Notes under the pieces: generated by a model | What the model was told of the DNA's origin: nothing | Database searches by the model: none | What the model saw: only the letters and a program-made list of their open reading frames with translations | Assembly (NCBI GenBank): GCA_039091535.1 | Contig: JAWCLW010000001.1 | Span: 145,073-209,072, forward strand | Origin: Candidatus Aenigmatarchaeota archaeon | GTDB lineage: Archaea > Aenigmatarchaeota > Aenigmatarchaeia > GW2011-AR5 | DNA length: 64,000 nucleotides | Reading direction: 5' to 3' | Shown here: one piece after another, positions 9,056-18,639 of the stretch | How the letters are laid out: every line of letters starts with the position of its first letter | Numbering within the stretch: position 1 is the first letter of the stretch | Made by a program: the position numbers and the translations under genes

Positions 9056-11427
9056 TCTTTTGGAACAGTAACTATTGCAGTAAGTTCTCCATCCATTTGA
9101 GGTGCGGCAAATGAATATGAAAATTGGCCTTTGCTATCTGTTGTCGTATAATCCTCTTTTATAACATTTCCATTAGATGCTCTTATCTCTATCTTTACTT
9201 TTTTATTTTTCCATGGACCACATGAACCTTGACTGCACTCATATGTTATATTATGAGATTCAATAGGCACACCACCTTCATGACATAAAGGTGCATAACC
9301 CTTTTCTGAATCATAATACTTTCCACAAACAGAATAACATGTGCGCTGATATGGTGAGCCTGTCTGATAGCTAGCTGCTGCAGACCTTATCATATATAAT
9401 AATCTTTCATACTCCAGTGTTGACAATTTTTTATCTTGAATATTATCAGAATTTTGCTTATTTTGTTGTTCTTTATTTTCCGCATAATCTGTCACAGGCC
9501 ATCCACTAGCAACAACGTGGCCTGTAGAAGCTAAAATTTCTCTGGCTGTTTCACTTGTTATAAATATATATTGTGACCATTGAAGTGCTTCTTTTACGGT
9601 TTCAATCCCTATTCCTAGAGATGGACCAAAAATAGGAAGTAAGACTGAGACTGCAAGTCCTAAATCTCCAATGATATTACTCCATTTTATAGCTGTGCCC
9701 TCACCTTCTGCTGCCACTCTTTCAGGCAAATCAGCAGGGCATTGCTTATACGACCATTTTATTTTATAGCGACTATCTTTAATATCGCATGTGAGCTCCT
9801 GAAATTTAAGACATTTATATTGATAGCCATTACATTCATTGCATAGTTTTGTAACAGAGCCAGTTATTGTAATAGAATTACCTGCCATAACAAGATTTTG
9901 TGATATTCTCGCATTTATTGTCCCATTACTTGGTTTTCCTGTGTAGTCATTTGGTTTTCCTTTTGGTGGATTTTTCAATTCATTTGGAGGTTTCCAATGA
10001 ACTGTAAATGTGGTGCCTGGTATTGTTGCTGATTGATAATTTAGATTTGCTGTGTTTGTTTTTGTCTGTTGAAATGATGCTATATTTATCCTTGTACACC
10101 AGCATCTCTCGCCAGGTTCGCAATCAACATCAGGGTATACCCCAATTGGTTGTGGGGTTTCAATGTATTCTTGTGTACTCTGTCGAGTATATATGCCTCC
10201 ATATATGAACATTGGATTTTCTTTTGAACATTTACCAGTTGGTATGGATAATTGAGTTGTTTGATATGTTCGACCCGACCATACATTACCATAGTAATAT
10301 GCTGTACACAATTCTTCGCATGATGGTATTGGTGGGCATTGCTCGTCTGATCCATATGCTATATGAAATGGATTAGGACAATCGCTCTCTGTTCCACACT
10401 GGCCTCTTTGATATAATGTAGATAGTCCAGAAAGTGGGTCTGGTGCACAATAATACAAACCTTTGCTATGGCATTCCTCACATTTTGAGACTTTTGTTTC
10501 CCTTGGTTTATATTCTGATGATGGAGTTGCTTCAACATCCTTGCATTTCAAACTATACTCCATGCAATCCTTTTTACACTGATCAATAGATGTATAACCA
10601 CCATAATAATTTTCTTCCTTACAATTTTCTGTACAAATAAAATCATAGCCTTCTTTGTTATAGTAACAGAGAAAGATATTATAGCAAAACTCATCGAAAA
10701 GATTAGGATAGTTATCTGGGCACCCCCCTGTTGATCGTTCTATGCATTTACCATTTTTTATATCTGTTTTAGATACGCTACACCATATAAATTTAGTAGG
10801 ATCCTTTATGCATTCCTCACATGTTTTTATATCAGAATATTTTGTCTCCCCTGCTTCTATTGTTTCTCCTGCATATATCAGATATGCTTTACCATTACTT
10901 TTGCAACCTTGTGCTGACCAGCCCTTTACCTTGGTATTATCGCCAATAATTTTTTTATTACCTTGACTATCAAAAAATTCACCACTTACCCATTCAATAT
11001 GATACCAATCGAAATCTCCAACAGTTTGTGGTCCATCTAAAACTCTACCTATTGAGTCAATAGATACAGTTGCGATTATTTTTTTATCAGTTCCCTGTCC
11101 TTCTCTTACATTCAAATTTACGTTTGCTTTGACCATATCATTTTTTTTAAATTGCCTAAATGTATAACTCCCGCCTTGAGAACATGTGGACGACTCTGTT
11201 TCTTGTCCATCACCTGTTATCATGCCTGTTATGGCTTCAGAGCCTGCAAAAGTTATGTCTTCATTTTTTGTATTATGAGAAAAATCACAAATTTCATAAT
11301 CTTCAAGAGCTTTTCCTATTCCGATACCAAAATTCCATAATAAAACATGCGGTATGCTTAGAGAAATAATTAAGGCTACTGAGAAAAATGTGATGAATTT
11401 CTTTATGTTCGATTTTTCGATTTTCAT
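9049..11427 (-). CDS. secreted Cys-rich protein with SH3b-like module
   Basis: 792 aa with an N-terminal signal. An SH3b-like segment VNLNVREGQGTDKKIIATVSIDSIGRVLDGPQTVGDFDWYHIEW lies at ~10978..11145. The middle is Cys-rich and the C-terminus looks like an Ig/CarboxypepD_reg-like beta domain (KVKIEIRASNGNVIKEDYTTTDSKGQFSYSF). Its stop overlaps the next gene's start by 7 nt. Confidence 0.8.
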   Translation of the reverse strand: MKIEKSNIKKFITFFSVALIISLSIPHVLLWNFGIGIGKALEDYEICDFSHNTKNEDITFAGSEAITGMITGDGQETESSTCSQGGSYTFRQFKKNDMVKANVNLNVREGQGTDKKIIATVSIDSIGRVLDGPQTVGDFDWYHIEWVSGEFFDSQGNKKIIGDNTKVKGWSAQGCKSNGKAYLIYAGETIEAGETKYSDIKTCEECIKDPTKFIWCSVSKTDIKNGKCIERSTGGCPDNYPNLFDEFCYNIFLCYYNKEGYDFICTENCKEENYYGGYTSIDQCKKDCMEYSLKCKDVEATPSSEYKPRETKVSKCEECHSKGLYYCAPDPLSGLSTLYQRGQCGTESDCPNPFHIAYGSDEQCPPIPSCEELCTAYYYGNVWSGRTYQTTQLSIPTGKCSKENPMFIYGGIYTRQSTQEYIETPQPIGVYPDVDCEPGERCWCTRINIASFQQTKTNTANLNYQSATIPGTTFTVHWKPPNELKNPPKGKPNDYTGKPSNGTINARISQNLVMAGNSITITGSVTKLCNECNGYQYKCLKFQELTCDIKDSRYKIKWSYKQCPADLPERVAAEGEGTAIKWSNIIGDLGLAVSVLLPIFGPSLGIGIETVKEALQWSQYIFITSETAREILASTGHVVASGWPVTDYAENKEQQNKQNSDNIQDKKLSTLEYERLLYMIRSAAASYQTGSPYQRTCYSVCGKYYDSEKGYAPLCHEGGVPIESHNITYECSQGSCGPWKNKKVKIEIRASNGNVIKEDYTTTDSKGQFSYSFAAPQMDGELTAIVTVPKDW

Positions 11428-11556
11428 GTGATTGCCTCTTTGTCCCTTAATTTATTATTTATTTTTTTATTTATTAATTTGATGGTTTTATAACTATTCT
11501 ATTTTTTAGAAATTAAAGTAAAAAGATAATTGAAAAAACAATTAACAAAAACTATA

Positions 11557-12213
11557 TCAAACCTGTTCACTTTCTATAATTCCTTGCTTTATTTTCATCT
11601 CATGTATTATTTTAGAAAGAGATTCAATGTTATGTGTCAAGGCTGGTAAAAATTGTTTAAACGCCTTTTCTAAACCACCTACTCTCGCTTCTAAATCTTC
11701 TATCCGCTCATTTATTTCAGATACTCTAATCTCTAAATCCTTTGTTACAGGCTCTTTTTTGGCCAGTTCTATTTTTTGTTCAAATTGTGTTATCTCTGCA
11801 CGCATCCTTTCGAGATTTTCTTCCATTTTTTTCATATTCTCATCAAACTTGTGCCATTTATCTTCTATAACACCTTCTATAAGGTCTTCTAACACAATCT
11901 CTGGTTGTTCTTCTGGTAATTCTTCAAGTTGTGGCAATTGTGGTTGTTGAAATATATTTTCCTGTTGTTCTGGTTCTTCATAAAAATTTTCAAATGTTGG
12001 AACAGTTGGTTCAACCTTCCTCATAATAGGCTCTTCGCTGATATCTGATTTTACTGCTTGAAGCATCGCCTTCTCTATTTCATCATAGGAATAGCCTTTG
12101 GATTTCAACTTTTTTATTATATCTTTATCGCTCATACCAGATTGCGTCATTTTTTTCACTTCATCAATAGGAATTCCATGTTCCTCTTTCTTCTTTTTTC
12201 TAAAGAACATCAA
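11557..12213 (-). CDS. coiled-coil protein with small N-terminal helical domain
   Basis: 218 aa: N-terminal ..GMSDKDIIKKLKSKGYSYDEIEKAM.., an acidic linker, then a long heptad-like C-terminus. No family recognised. Confidence 0.6.
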   Translation of the reverse strand: MMFFRKKKKEEHGIPIDEVKKMTQSGMSDKDIIKKLKSKGYSYDEIEKAMLQAVKSDISEEPIMRKVEPTVPTFENFYEEPEQQENIFQQPQLPQLEELPEEQPEIVLEDLIEGVIEDKWHKFDENMKKMEENLERMRAEITQFEQKIELAKKEPVTKDLEIRVSEINERIEDLEARVGGLEKAFKQFLPALTHNIESLSKIIHEMKIKQGIIESEQV

Positions 12214-12271
12214 ATCGCCTCAAACCAGATTATATAATTATCTGTTATTCTCACTTTTTATATATTGTGGT

Positions 12272-12655
12272 TTATTGTTGTTCTCTTTTGAATTTTAATT
12301 CTTCTTCTAATTCTTCTTTTGTAACAAACTCTTGTTTTAGTGGGCTTAACAAATCAAACATCCTTTCTATTTCTTTCAAATCCTTTTTCCTTGCAAAATC
12401 GTTTATCTGCCTATTTATTTTATCCAACACATTTTTGATTTTTATTAATTCATCATTTATATTTTTTATACTAACATCAACTTCTGCAAATTTTGCATTT
12501 GCTTTTTTTGTTCTTTCGAGGCTTATTTCTTCTATATTGGATATTTTGTTCTCTAATGCATCAAGTCTTTGTTCAATGCTTCTTAGCCTTCTTGTATCCT
12601 CATTGCTTCTTCTTACAAGCTCTTGGACAATTACACCATACTGACTTTCTGGCAT
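12272..12655 (-). CDS. coiled-coil protein
   Basis: 127 aa, charged and heptad-rich (RLDALENKISNIEEISLERTKK..). Chosen over the low-complexity antisense ORF 12267..12644. Confidence 0.6.
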   Translation of the reverse strand: MPESQYGVIVQELVRRSNEDTRRLRSIEQRLDALENKISNIEEISLERTKKANAKFAEVDVSIKNINDELIKIKNVLDKINRQINDFARKKDLKEIERMFDLLSPLKQEFVTKEELEEELKFKREQQ

Positions 12656-12904
12656 AGTTAATAAGTTGGTTTTTCTTGTATTTTAAGTTTTCTTTATGTT
12701 GATTTATTCTATAAAAATGAGTACTATGCATAGAAATCGTGATTAGCATGAGCTAAAGATGTTTTATGAAAAGATTGTGTGTGAAATTTATAAATTGATT
12801 TACCTGTTAGCAATACTTATAAGAAAAACTTAAATAATAAAAATAACTAATTTTTTAATAATCTTACCCAAATGTTTATATTTCAAATCTGACAAATAAT
12901 TTAT

Positions 12905-13825
12905 ATGAAATTACTTACAATAAAAATTTTAATATTGTTTATATTTATTATTCCTATCATAAGTTTTGCATACTCTGATACATCAATAAATGAAGTTTTG
13001 AAAAGATCGTCTTCTTTATCAACTTCCACCATTCTTAATATAAAAAATAAAATAGAAAATGAATTTGGTAAAAATAGTGTTTTAAGATGGGATGCTTATT
13101 TAAATCCAAATAATAAAATAAAATGTTTTAAAGTAGCGAATTTCTACTTCACGCCAGATGAAGAACACATAAAGAGAATTATAGGTTATTTATACGACGC
13201 TTCAGAGTCTGCATCTAAAAACAATTATGGAATAAGCATATCTCCAGAGTTTGTTTATACAGTAGGAATGGGGGAAGGTCTTGTTCTATATTTAAAAGAT
13301 CTTTTTTGTGGTTGGATATATGAGAATGATCCTGTAGACGGTTTTTATTATTTAGGATTGGATCATTTTTCTGATGAGGTTGAAATTTTAAAAAGTAATA
13401 AATTTTTAAGAAGAGATTTCAACGAAGGCGATGAATATTTCCCTGTTAAAAATAAAAATGAACTTGACCAAATTGTTAGAAGTGCTGAGTTTAAAAATAT
13501 AAAATATGGACTAGAGGCCTTAGCTGCTAGAATAGCTTGGACAAAATATGTATTTTTGAATGATTTGAAAAAATTAAATATCCCAGAAAGCAGTTTAACA
13601 GAAGATCAAATAAATTTCTGGGTTTATTATTATTACAATATTGGTAATAATAAGGGGTATTCATCTCTGACAAATCGTATTAAAAATGGTATTCTCGACG
13701 ATTCAAATTTTATAAGAGCTACTGGAAAAGAAGTTAAAAATGGATGTAATGGTAGATATAATGCAATAATAAGGACAGCTACCACGAAATTTATAAAGAA
13801 TTTAAATATATTTAATCCAGCATAA
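12905..13825 (+). CDS. secreted hypothetical protein (weak lysozyme/transglycosylase-like hints only)
   Basis: 306 aa with an N-terminal signal (LILFIFIIPIISFA-YS). GMGEGL .. YLGLDHF .. YYYYNIGNNKGY vaguely recall a GH23-like E..GL..YNxG order, but I cannot support a call. Confidence 0.5.
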   Translation: MKLLTIKILILFIFIIPIISFAYSDTSINEVLKRSSSLSTSTILNIKNKIENEFGKNSVLRWDAYLNPNNKIKCFKVANFYFTPDEEHIKRIIGYLYDASESASKNNYGISISPEFVYTVGMGEGLVLYLKDLFCGWIYENDPVDGFYYLGLDHFSDEVEILKSNKFLRRDFNEGDEYFPVKNKNELDQIVRSAEFKNIKYGLEALAARIAWTKYVFLNDLKKLNIPESSLTEDQINFWVYYYYNIGNNKGYSSLTNRIKNGILDDSNFIRATGKEVKNGCNGRYNAIIRTATTKFIKNLNIFNPA

Positions 13826-13884
13826 TTTTGTTAATAAAAGGGTCATGCGATACATATTTAAACATTACTATTTAGTAATAATTT

Positions 13885-14799
13885 ATGAATAAACTAACAA
13901 GACGTGAATTCATTAAAAATTCTGCTTCATATTTGGCAAGTTTAATTATTGGAATAAATGATGATAACAAAAAGCCTAACGTAGTTAATTACAAACCTGT
14001 GTATAAACATAATCATAAATACAAAAGAGGTGGAAAGTTTTCACACTCAAAGCCAACATGGTGCGAACTTAGAAAAGGTTTATATTTCACGCGTCTAATA
14101 GTTTATAGGGATAATGAACCTGTTGATTCTATGGGACTTGTTAAAGCAGATCCAAATTATAACAAATTTAGAGTATTTCACGATCGTGAGAATCCAAAAA
14201 CAATAGAAAAATGGCAAGAATATACAAATGCCGATGTTATATTTAATAGCAGTTATTATCAGGATACATTAGATCCAGTAGGTCTTATAATTACAAATGG
14301 TAAAATGAAAGGTCCAAAAGTTAATAAAGCAATGAAAGGGATGTTTGTAGCAGAACCTGTAGATGATAGGAAACCAAAAGCAACTATCATTGATTTCTCA
14401 GAAGAACTTTTTGATTATAAAAATCCTAAATGGATGGAGGGTGTACAATCATTTCCAATGCTTCTAGATAAAAATGGAAATATAGGTGTTAAAAATAGTA
14501 GATGGTATGCAAATAGAACCGTATTATGCACAGATAGAGATGGAAATATAATAGTTTTGACAACAGAAGGGGGATACTTTTCACTATATGATATGGGCTT
14601 GTTTTTACGTGAGAGTGAATTGAACATTAAAAATGCTCTTAACATGGATGGTGGATATGAAGCAGAGATGATGGTAAAAACAGATAAATTGATATATTTA
14701 ACATATGGACAATGGGAAACACAAGGTAAAATAGACATTTCAATACCATGGATTCACATACGTATACCAGCTGTAATAGGTATATTTCCCAGAAAATAA
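13885..14799 (+). CDS. Tat-signal phosphodiester glycosidase (NAGPA/DUF2233)-like protein
   Basis: The twin-arginine leader is MNKLTRREFIKNSASYLASLI. The C-terminal ..ANRTVLCTDRDGNIIVLTTEGGYFSLYDMGLFLRESELNIKNALNMDGGYEAEM resembles the RT..D.dG...G.sl.el..fl..l....AlNLDGG signature of that family. Confidence 0.6.
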   Translation: MNKLTRREFIKNSASYLASLIIGINDDNKKPNVVNYKPVYKHNHKYKRGGKFSHSKPTWCELRKGLYFTRLIVYRDNEPVDSMGLVKADPNYNKFRVFHDRENPKTIEKWQEYTNADVIFNSSYYQDTLDPVGLIITNGKMKGPKVNKAMKGMFVAEPVDDRKPKATIIDFSEELFDYKNPKWMEGVQSFPMLLDKNGNIGVKNSRWYANRTVLCTDRDGNIIVLTTEGGYFSLYDMGLFLRESELNIKNALNMDGGYEAEMMVKTDKLIYLTYGQWETQGKIDISIPWIHIRIPAVIGIFPRK

Positions 14800-15320
14800 T
14801 TTCTTAGGAATATAAAACAGTTATGATATTTTCTTAATTAGAAGACAAAAACCGAATATTAAAAAATAATAATCAGAAAACTAAATTCATATCTTCTTAT
14901 CATATTTAATATTGAAGAAGTTGAAATTTAAGTTTTCTCAAACATTAAATTACCGTTTATGATATACACTTTCCCGTCATTTACATTTATACTTTTAGTT
15001 TCCTTGATACCTGATCACCATCGTTTCTGCATCTCATTTATAATGTCTTCTTTTTTTACAACAAAAGTCTTCTTTTTCTAATTGTTTTGCATGTTTCTTT
15101 CGAATATAAATAGCAACAGTAATAAAAATTACTACGATATTCATCGTATACATTGGTTTCCTCTGTTATTTCTTATTTCTATATTATAAAAAATAGTCAT
15201 TATTAACATCAAATAAAGTGATAGCCTCTTCATGTGTTGAATCCTCCCATCCAGGATACGCGCGCTCAAATTTATCAATCACACTAAAAATTTTTTGGTT
15301 TCGATCATTTTATTTCTCTT

Positions 15321-15689
15321 TTATATAAAATTTTCGGCCGGAGAATGATCACCAAGAGTGTCGCTAAACACTTCTTTTCGATTGAGACCATACAATTTCT
15401 CTTTTTTTCTTCTTTCTTCCACTAATCTCTTTAGACTCATAGTTATAATCCTTTCTACAGGAAATTCATCAGCATAGTCTTCTAATCCAAAATGTTTTAG
15501 CAAAGCTTGATAAGCCTTATAATCCAACCCTTCAATAATGTACCATCTCGTTCCAAGATAATCTTTCTGAGAACGTGACCACTGACCTGGAACTGCATAG
15601 TTCCAATCCACAGCATATTCTGTAAAAATATTGTCTCCCTCTTCCCAACCATTATGGAATAAAGTTTGTGTTAGAGAAATTAGCGACAA
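15321..15689 (-). CDS. hypothetical protein (TTG start)
   Basis: 122-aa ORF with non-repetitive composition and no motif recognised. Confidence 0.45.
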   Translation of the reverse strand: MSLISLTQTLFHNGWEEGDNIFTEYAVDWNYAVPGQWSRSQKDYLGTRWYIIEGLDYKAYQALLKHFGLEDYADEFPVERIITMSLKRLVEERRKKEKLYGLNRKEVFSDTLGDHSPAENFI

Positions 15690-15720
15690 TAATTAATACT
15701 AATTAAATTAAATTATAATT

Positions 15721-17976
15721 ATGGTCTGTGATTATGAATACAATGAAGAGACACAAAAGATACGTGTTGATTGTATAGGATGCATCTATGGTTCTAGCAT
15801 AGAAGATTTTGGAACATGCATGGCAAAAACAATAGACAAACTTATGGAACTAAGAAAGGTTGTTCGTATCGTTCTTGCTGGCACAAGAGAATATGAATAC
15901 GATTTTTCGGAATCAAGATTGCTCTTAGAAATTGCAATTGCAATCGACAAAATAATTAAGGAAAAAATAATTTCATTAAAAAATGTTGTTATCAAGGGCT
16001 GCGAAGAGGATGCGCCAAGCAGGTATGCATTTTTGCAAAATTTGTTAAATGGAATGAGATACGACCCAATAGATGCTTATAAAAAGCTTATACGAGAGAT
16101 AAGACACACAAAAATAAAAGCAGAGCGTGAAAAAGATATTGTAAGAGAGTGTTATGAACATTATCTTGTGAATGCATTACTACCTATACAAAGAATTTTA
16201 GAAAATTGTAAATTAATTCAGATAGCCAAACCAAACCTAGAAGATCATAAAAACCGCTATTTATATAGGAAAATATTTCATCCAACTGTAAGACCTAACT
16301 TCATATATACAAGATATATATCGTTGCCACCACCAAACGCAGAATTACTTGACAGATACAAAATAGGTGACACAGACGTAGAGATTTACAATATTCCTGG
16401 AAAAGTGAGAAAATTATATCATATAATTCCACCTGAATTCAAATTGAACGAAGAAGAATATACATTGCTCGATACGGCAAGGCGATATCTTGGCAGACAT
16501 GAACCATTGGAGACTGAACTAGCTGAGCCAGAAAGGATAAGAGAGAATCTATTTAGAATAGGTTTGGATATGCTTCGTGAACTTGCAACAAATAGCAACA
16601 TACAATTATCAGAAGATAAGTTAAATAAATTAGCAGGTATACTTACAAGATACACAGCAGGCCTAGGTATTTTAGATTTGATTTTACAAGATGAAAATAT
16701 ACAAGATGTTGCGGTAAATTCTCCTCTTGGTCGAGCACCAATCTATATTTTTCATGGTATCTTTCAAGAGTGTGAAACAAACATAGTTCCAAGTAAAGAG
16801 GATGGAGAATCTTGGGCAACAAGATTTAGATTGCAGAGTGGTCGTCCATTGGACGAAGCAAACCCTGTATTGGATACAGAATTATCAGTACCTGGGGGAC
16901 GCGCACGTGTTGCAGCGATAACAAGAACCTTATCACCTGATGGACTTGGTTTTGCATTTCGACGTCATAGAGATAAACCATGGACATTCCCCTTGTTCAT
17001 AAATAATAAGATGATAGATTCGTTTTCTGCTGGTTTGGTCTGGTTTCTTATAGATGGATCAAGAACATTATTGATAGCAGGGACAAGGTCATCAGGAAAG
17101 TCGTCTTTCCTTGGAGCATGTATGGTTCAGATAATGCCAAAATTGAGAATAATAACAACAGAGGATACTCTTGAACTCCCGGTAGAACAATTAAGAGAAT
17201 TAGGCTATAATATTGAAAGATTAAAATCACGAAGTGTTATAACACATATAGAAACAGAACTACCAGCAGAAGAGGCACTAAGAACAGCATTACGTCTTGG
17301 CGATTCATGTCTTATTGTAGGTGAGGTAAGATCAAAAGAAGCTTTGGCACTATATGAGGCAATGAGAATTGGAGCGCTTGCAAATGTTGTTGCAGGTACA
17401 ATTCACGGAGACTCTGCATATGGTGTTTTTGATAGAGTTGTTAATGATTTAGGAGTTCCTCTAACAAGCTTTAAAGCAACAGATATTATTTTAATATGCA
17501 ATATGTTAAAATCGCCTGATGGTCTTCGTTCTTTTCGTCGTGTTGTTGAACTTACAGAAGTTAGAAAGCATTGGAAAAATGATCCACTAGATGAAGGTGG
17601 CTTTGTTAATTTATTAGAGTATTCTGCAAAGGACGATATATTAAAACCAACAAAAACATTGCTTACTGGTGAATCTATAATATTAAATGATATTGCTTCT
17701 CGTGTTCGTGAATGGAAGGGGAATTGGGATGCTGTTTGGGGTAATATAAAGCTTCGTGAAAAAATATTGCAAACTCTTGTTGACTACGCAAATGCAACAA
17801 AGAATTTTGATATAATAGAAGCACATAATGTTGTAGAATCAAATTCACAATTTCATATTATAAGCAATGAAGTAAAAGAAGAATATGGTGAATTAGATAA
17901 TAGATTAATCTATGAAAGATGGCAAGAATGGTTAAAGAAAAAAATAAAAAATACTATTACTATGAAAAATTCTTAA
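15721..17976 (+). CDS. type II/IV secretion-family ATPase (FlaI/PilB/VirB11-like) of an archaeal type IV filament system
   Basis: 751 aa. Walker A is GTRSSGKS (17080..17103). It also has the Asp-box-like RIITTEDTLEL, the Walker B-like GDSCLIVGEVRSKEA and the His-box-like GTIHGDSA. The N-terminal domain is long and family-variable. Confidence 0.85.
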   Translation: MVCDYEYNEETQKIRVDCIGCIYGSSIEDFGTCMAKTIDKLMELRKVVRIVLAGTREYEYDFSESRLLLEIAIAIDKIIKEKIISLKNVVIKGCEEDAPSRYAFLQNLLNGMRYDPIDAYKKLIREIRHTKIKAEREKDIVRECYEHYLVNALLPIQRILENCKLIQIAKPNLEDHKNRYLYRKIFHPTVRPNFIYTRYISLPPPNAELLDRYKIGDTDVEIYNIPGKVRKLYHIIPPEFKLNEEEYTLLDTARRYLGRHEPLETELAEPERIRENLFRIGLDMLRELATNSNIQLSEDKLNKLAGILTRYTAGLGILDLILQDENIQDVAVNSPLGRAPIYIFHGIFQECETNIVPSKEDGESWATRFRLQSGRPLDEANPVLDTELSVPGGRARVAAITRTLSPDGLGFAFRRHRDKPWTFPLFINNKMIDSFSAGLVWFLIDGSRTLLIAGTRSSGKSSFLGACMVQIMPKLRIITTEDTLELPVEQLRELGYNIERLKSRSVITHIETELPAEEALRTALRLGDSCLIVGEVRSKEALALYEAMRIGALANVVAGTIHGDSAYGVFDRVVNDLGVPLTSFKATDIILICNMLKSPDGLRSFRRVVELTEVRKHWKNDPLDEGGFVNLLEYSAKDDILKPTKTLLTGESIILNDIASRVREWKGNWDAVWGNIKLREKILQTLVDYANATKNFDIIEAHNVVESNSQFHIISNEVKEEYGELDNRLIYERWQEWLKKKIKNTITMKNS

Positions 17977-18011
17977 TTAATCTGAACACATGCACTCATT
18001 AATTTATCAGA

Positions 18012-18461
18012 TTAGCTGCTACATGTTGGTGTTGTTGTGTGTATTGCTGATATACCAGGGCAGTATGTCAAAATAGTTGTCTTTGAATAATCAGAACATC
18101 CAGGTCCAACCTGTACACCTGTGACCTGAATTGTTCCTATTGCACCTCTATTCAGTGTGAATGTTGTTGTATTTTGGAAATTGCCACCTGTCTTATTTGT
18201 TAACATAGCACTTGATATTGTAATCTCTCTGACCCCAGTATTTTTAACAATAACATTAGCTATGCCAGTATTATTGTTTATGTATACAGAATCTATTTCT
18301 ATCGCAGCTCCTGAACATTCCACAATCTCAGTTGATTTATTTCCTACACCACTTGTTGTTGATGTTGTAAAACTTGTTCCCCATGTTATTATAAGTACCG
18401 CAGCTGTTACAGTAAATGCTATAAGCAATACTGCTGCTATTAGAGGCGATATTCCTTTCAT
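18012..18461 (-). CDS. archaeal type IV pilin (class III signal peptide, Pilin_N/DUF361-like)
   Basis: MKG-ISPLIAAVLLIAFTVTAAVLIITWG.. is the canonical archaeal pilin/flagellin N-terminus. The body is Thr/Asn-rich with sequons, and GC is locally higher. The gene is divergent from the platform gene. Confidence 0.85.
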   Translation of the reverse strand: MKGISPLIAAVLLIAFTVTAAVLIITWGTSFTTSTTSGVGNKSTEIVECSGAAIEIDSVYINNNTGIANVIVKNTGVREITISSAMLTNKTGGNFQNTTTFTLNRGAIGTIQVTGVQVGPGCSDYSKTTILTYCPGISAIHTTTPTCSS

Positions 18462-18639
18462 AACTATAGAAATAGTAAATAGGTAATATAAATAAATTTG
18501 TATAAATTAGAAAATAAATTGTATAAACTTTGATTACAAGCAAAAATGGCAGATTTCTATCTATTTAACTATTTCTGGAAGATTTCAAAATAAATCCAAA
18601 CATTTATTTAGTTGTATACAATAATTATTAGGTGTATCA

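Noticed and set aside
12267-12644. 125-aa plus-strand ORF mirroring the 12272..12655 gene
   Set aside because: It is a Ser/Phe/Leu-rich low-complexity product, typical of the antisense frame of an AT-rich coiled-coil gene. The minus-strand product has a sensible heptad-rich, charged composition.
4564-12655. Possible integrated element using tRNA-Lys as attachment site for the Cys-rich operon
   Set aside because: I found no integrase, recombinase or direct repeat of the tRNA 3' end in the flanks. Composition is not obviously different from the rest of the window.
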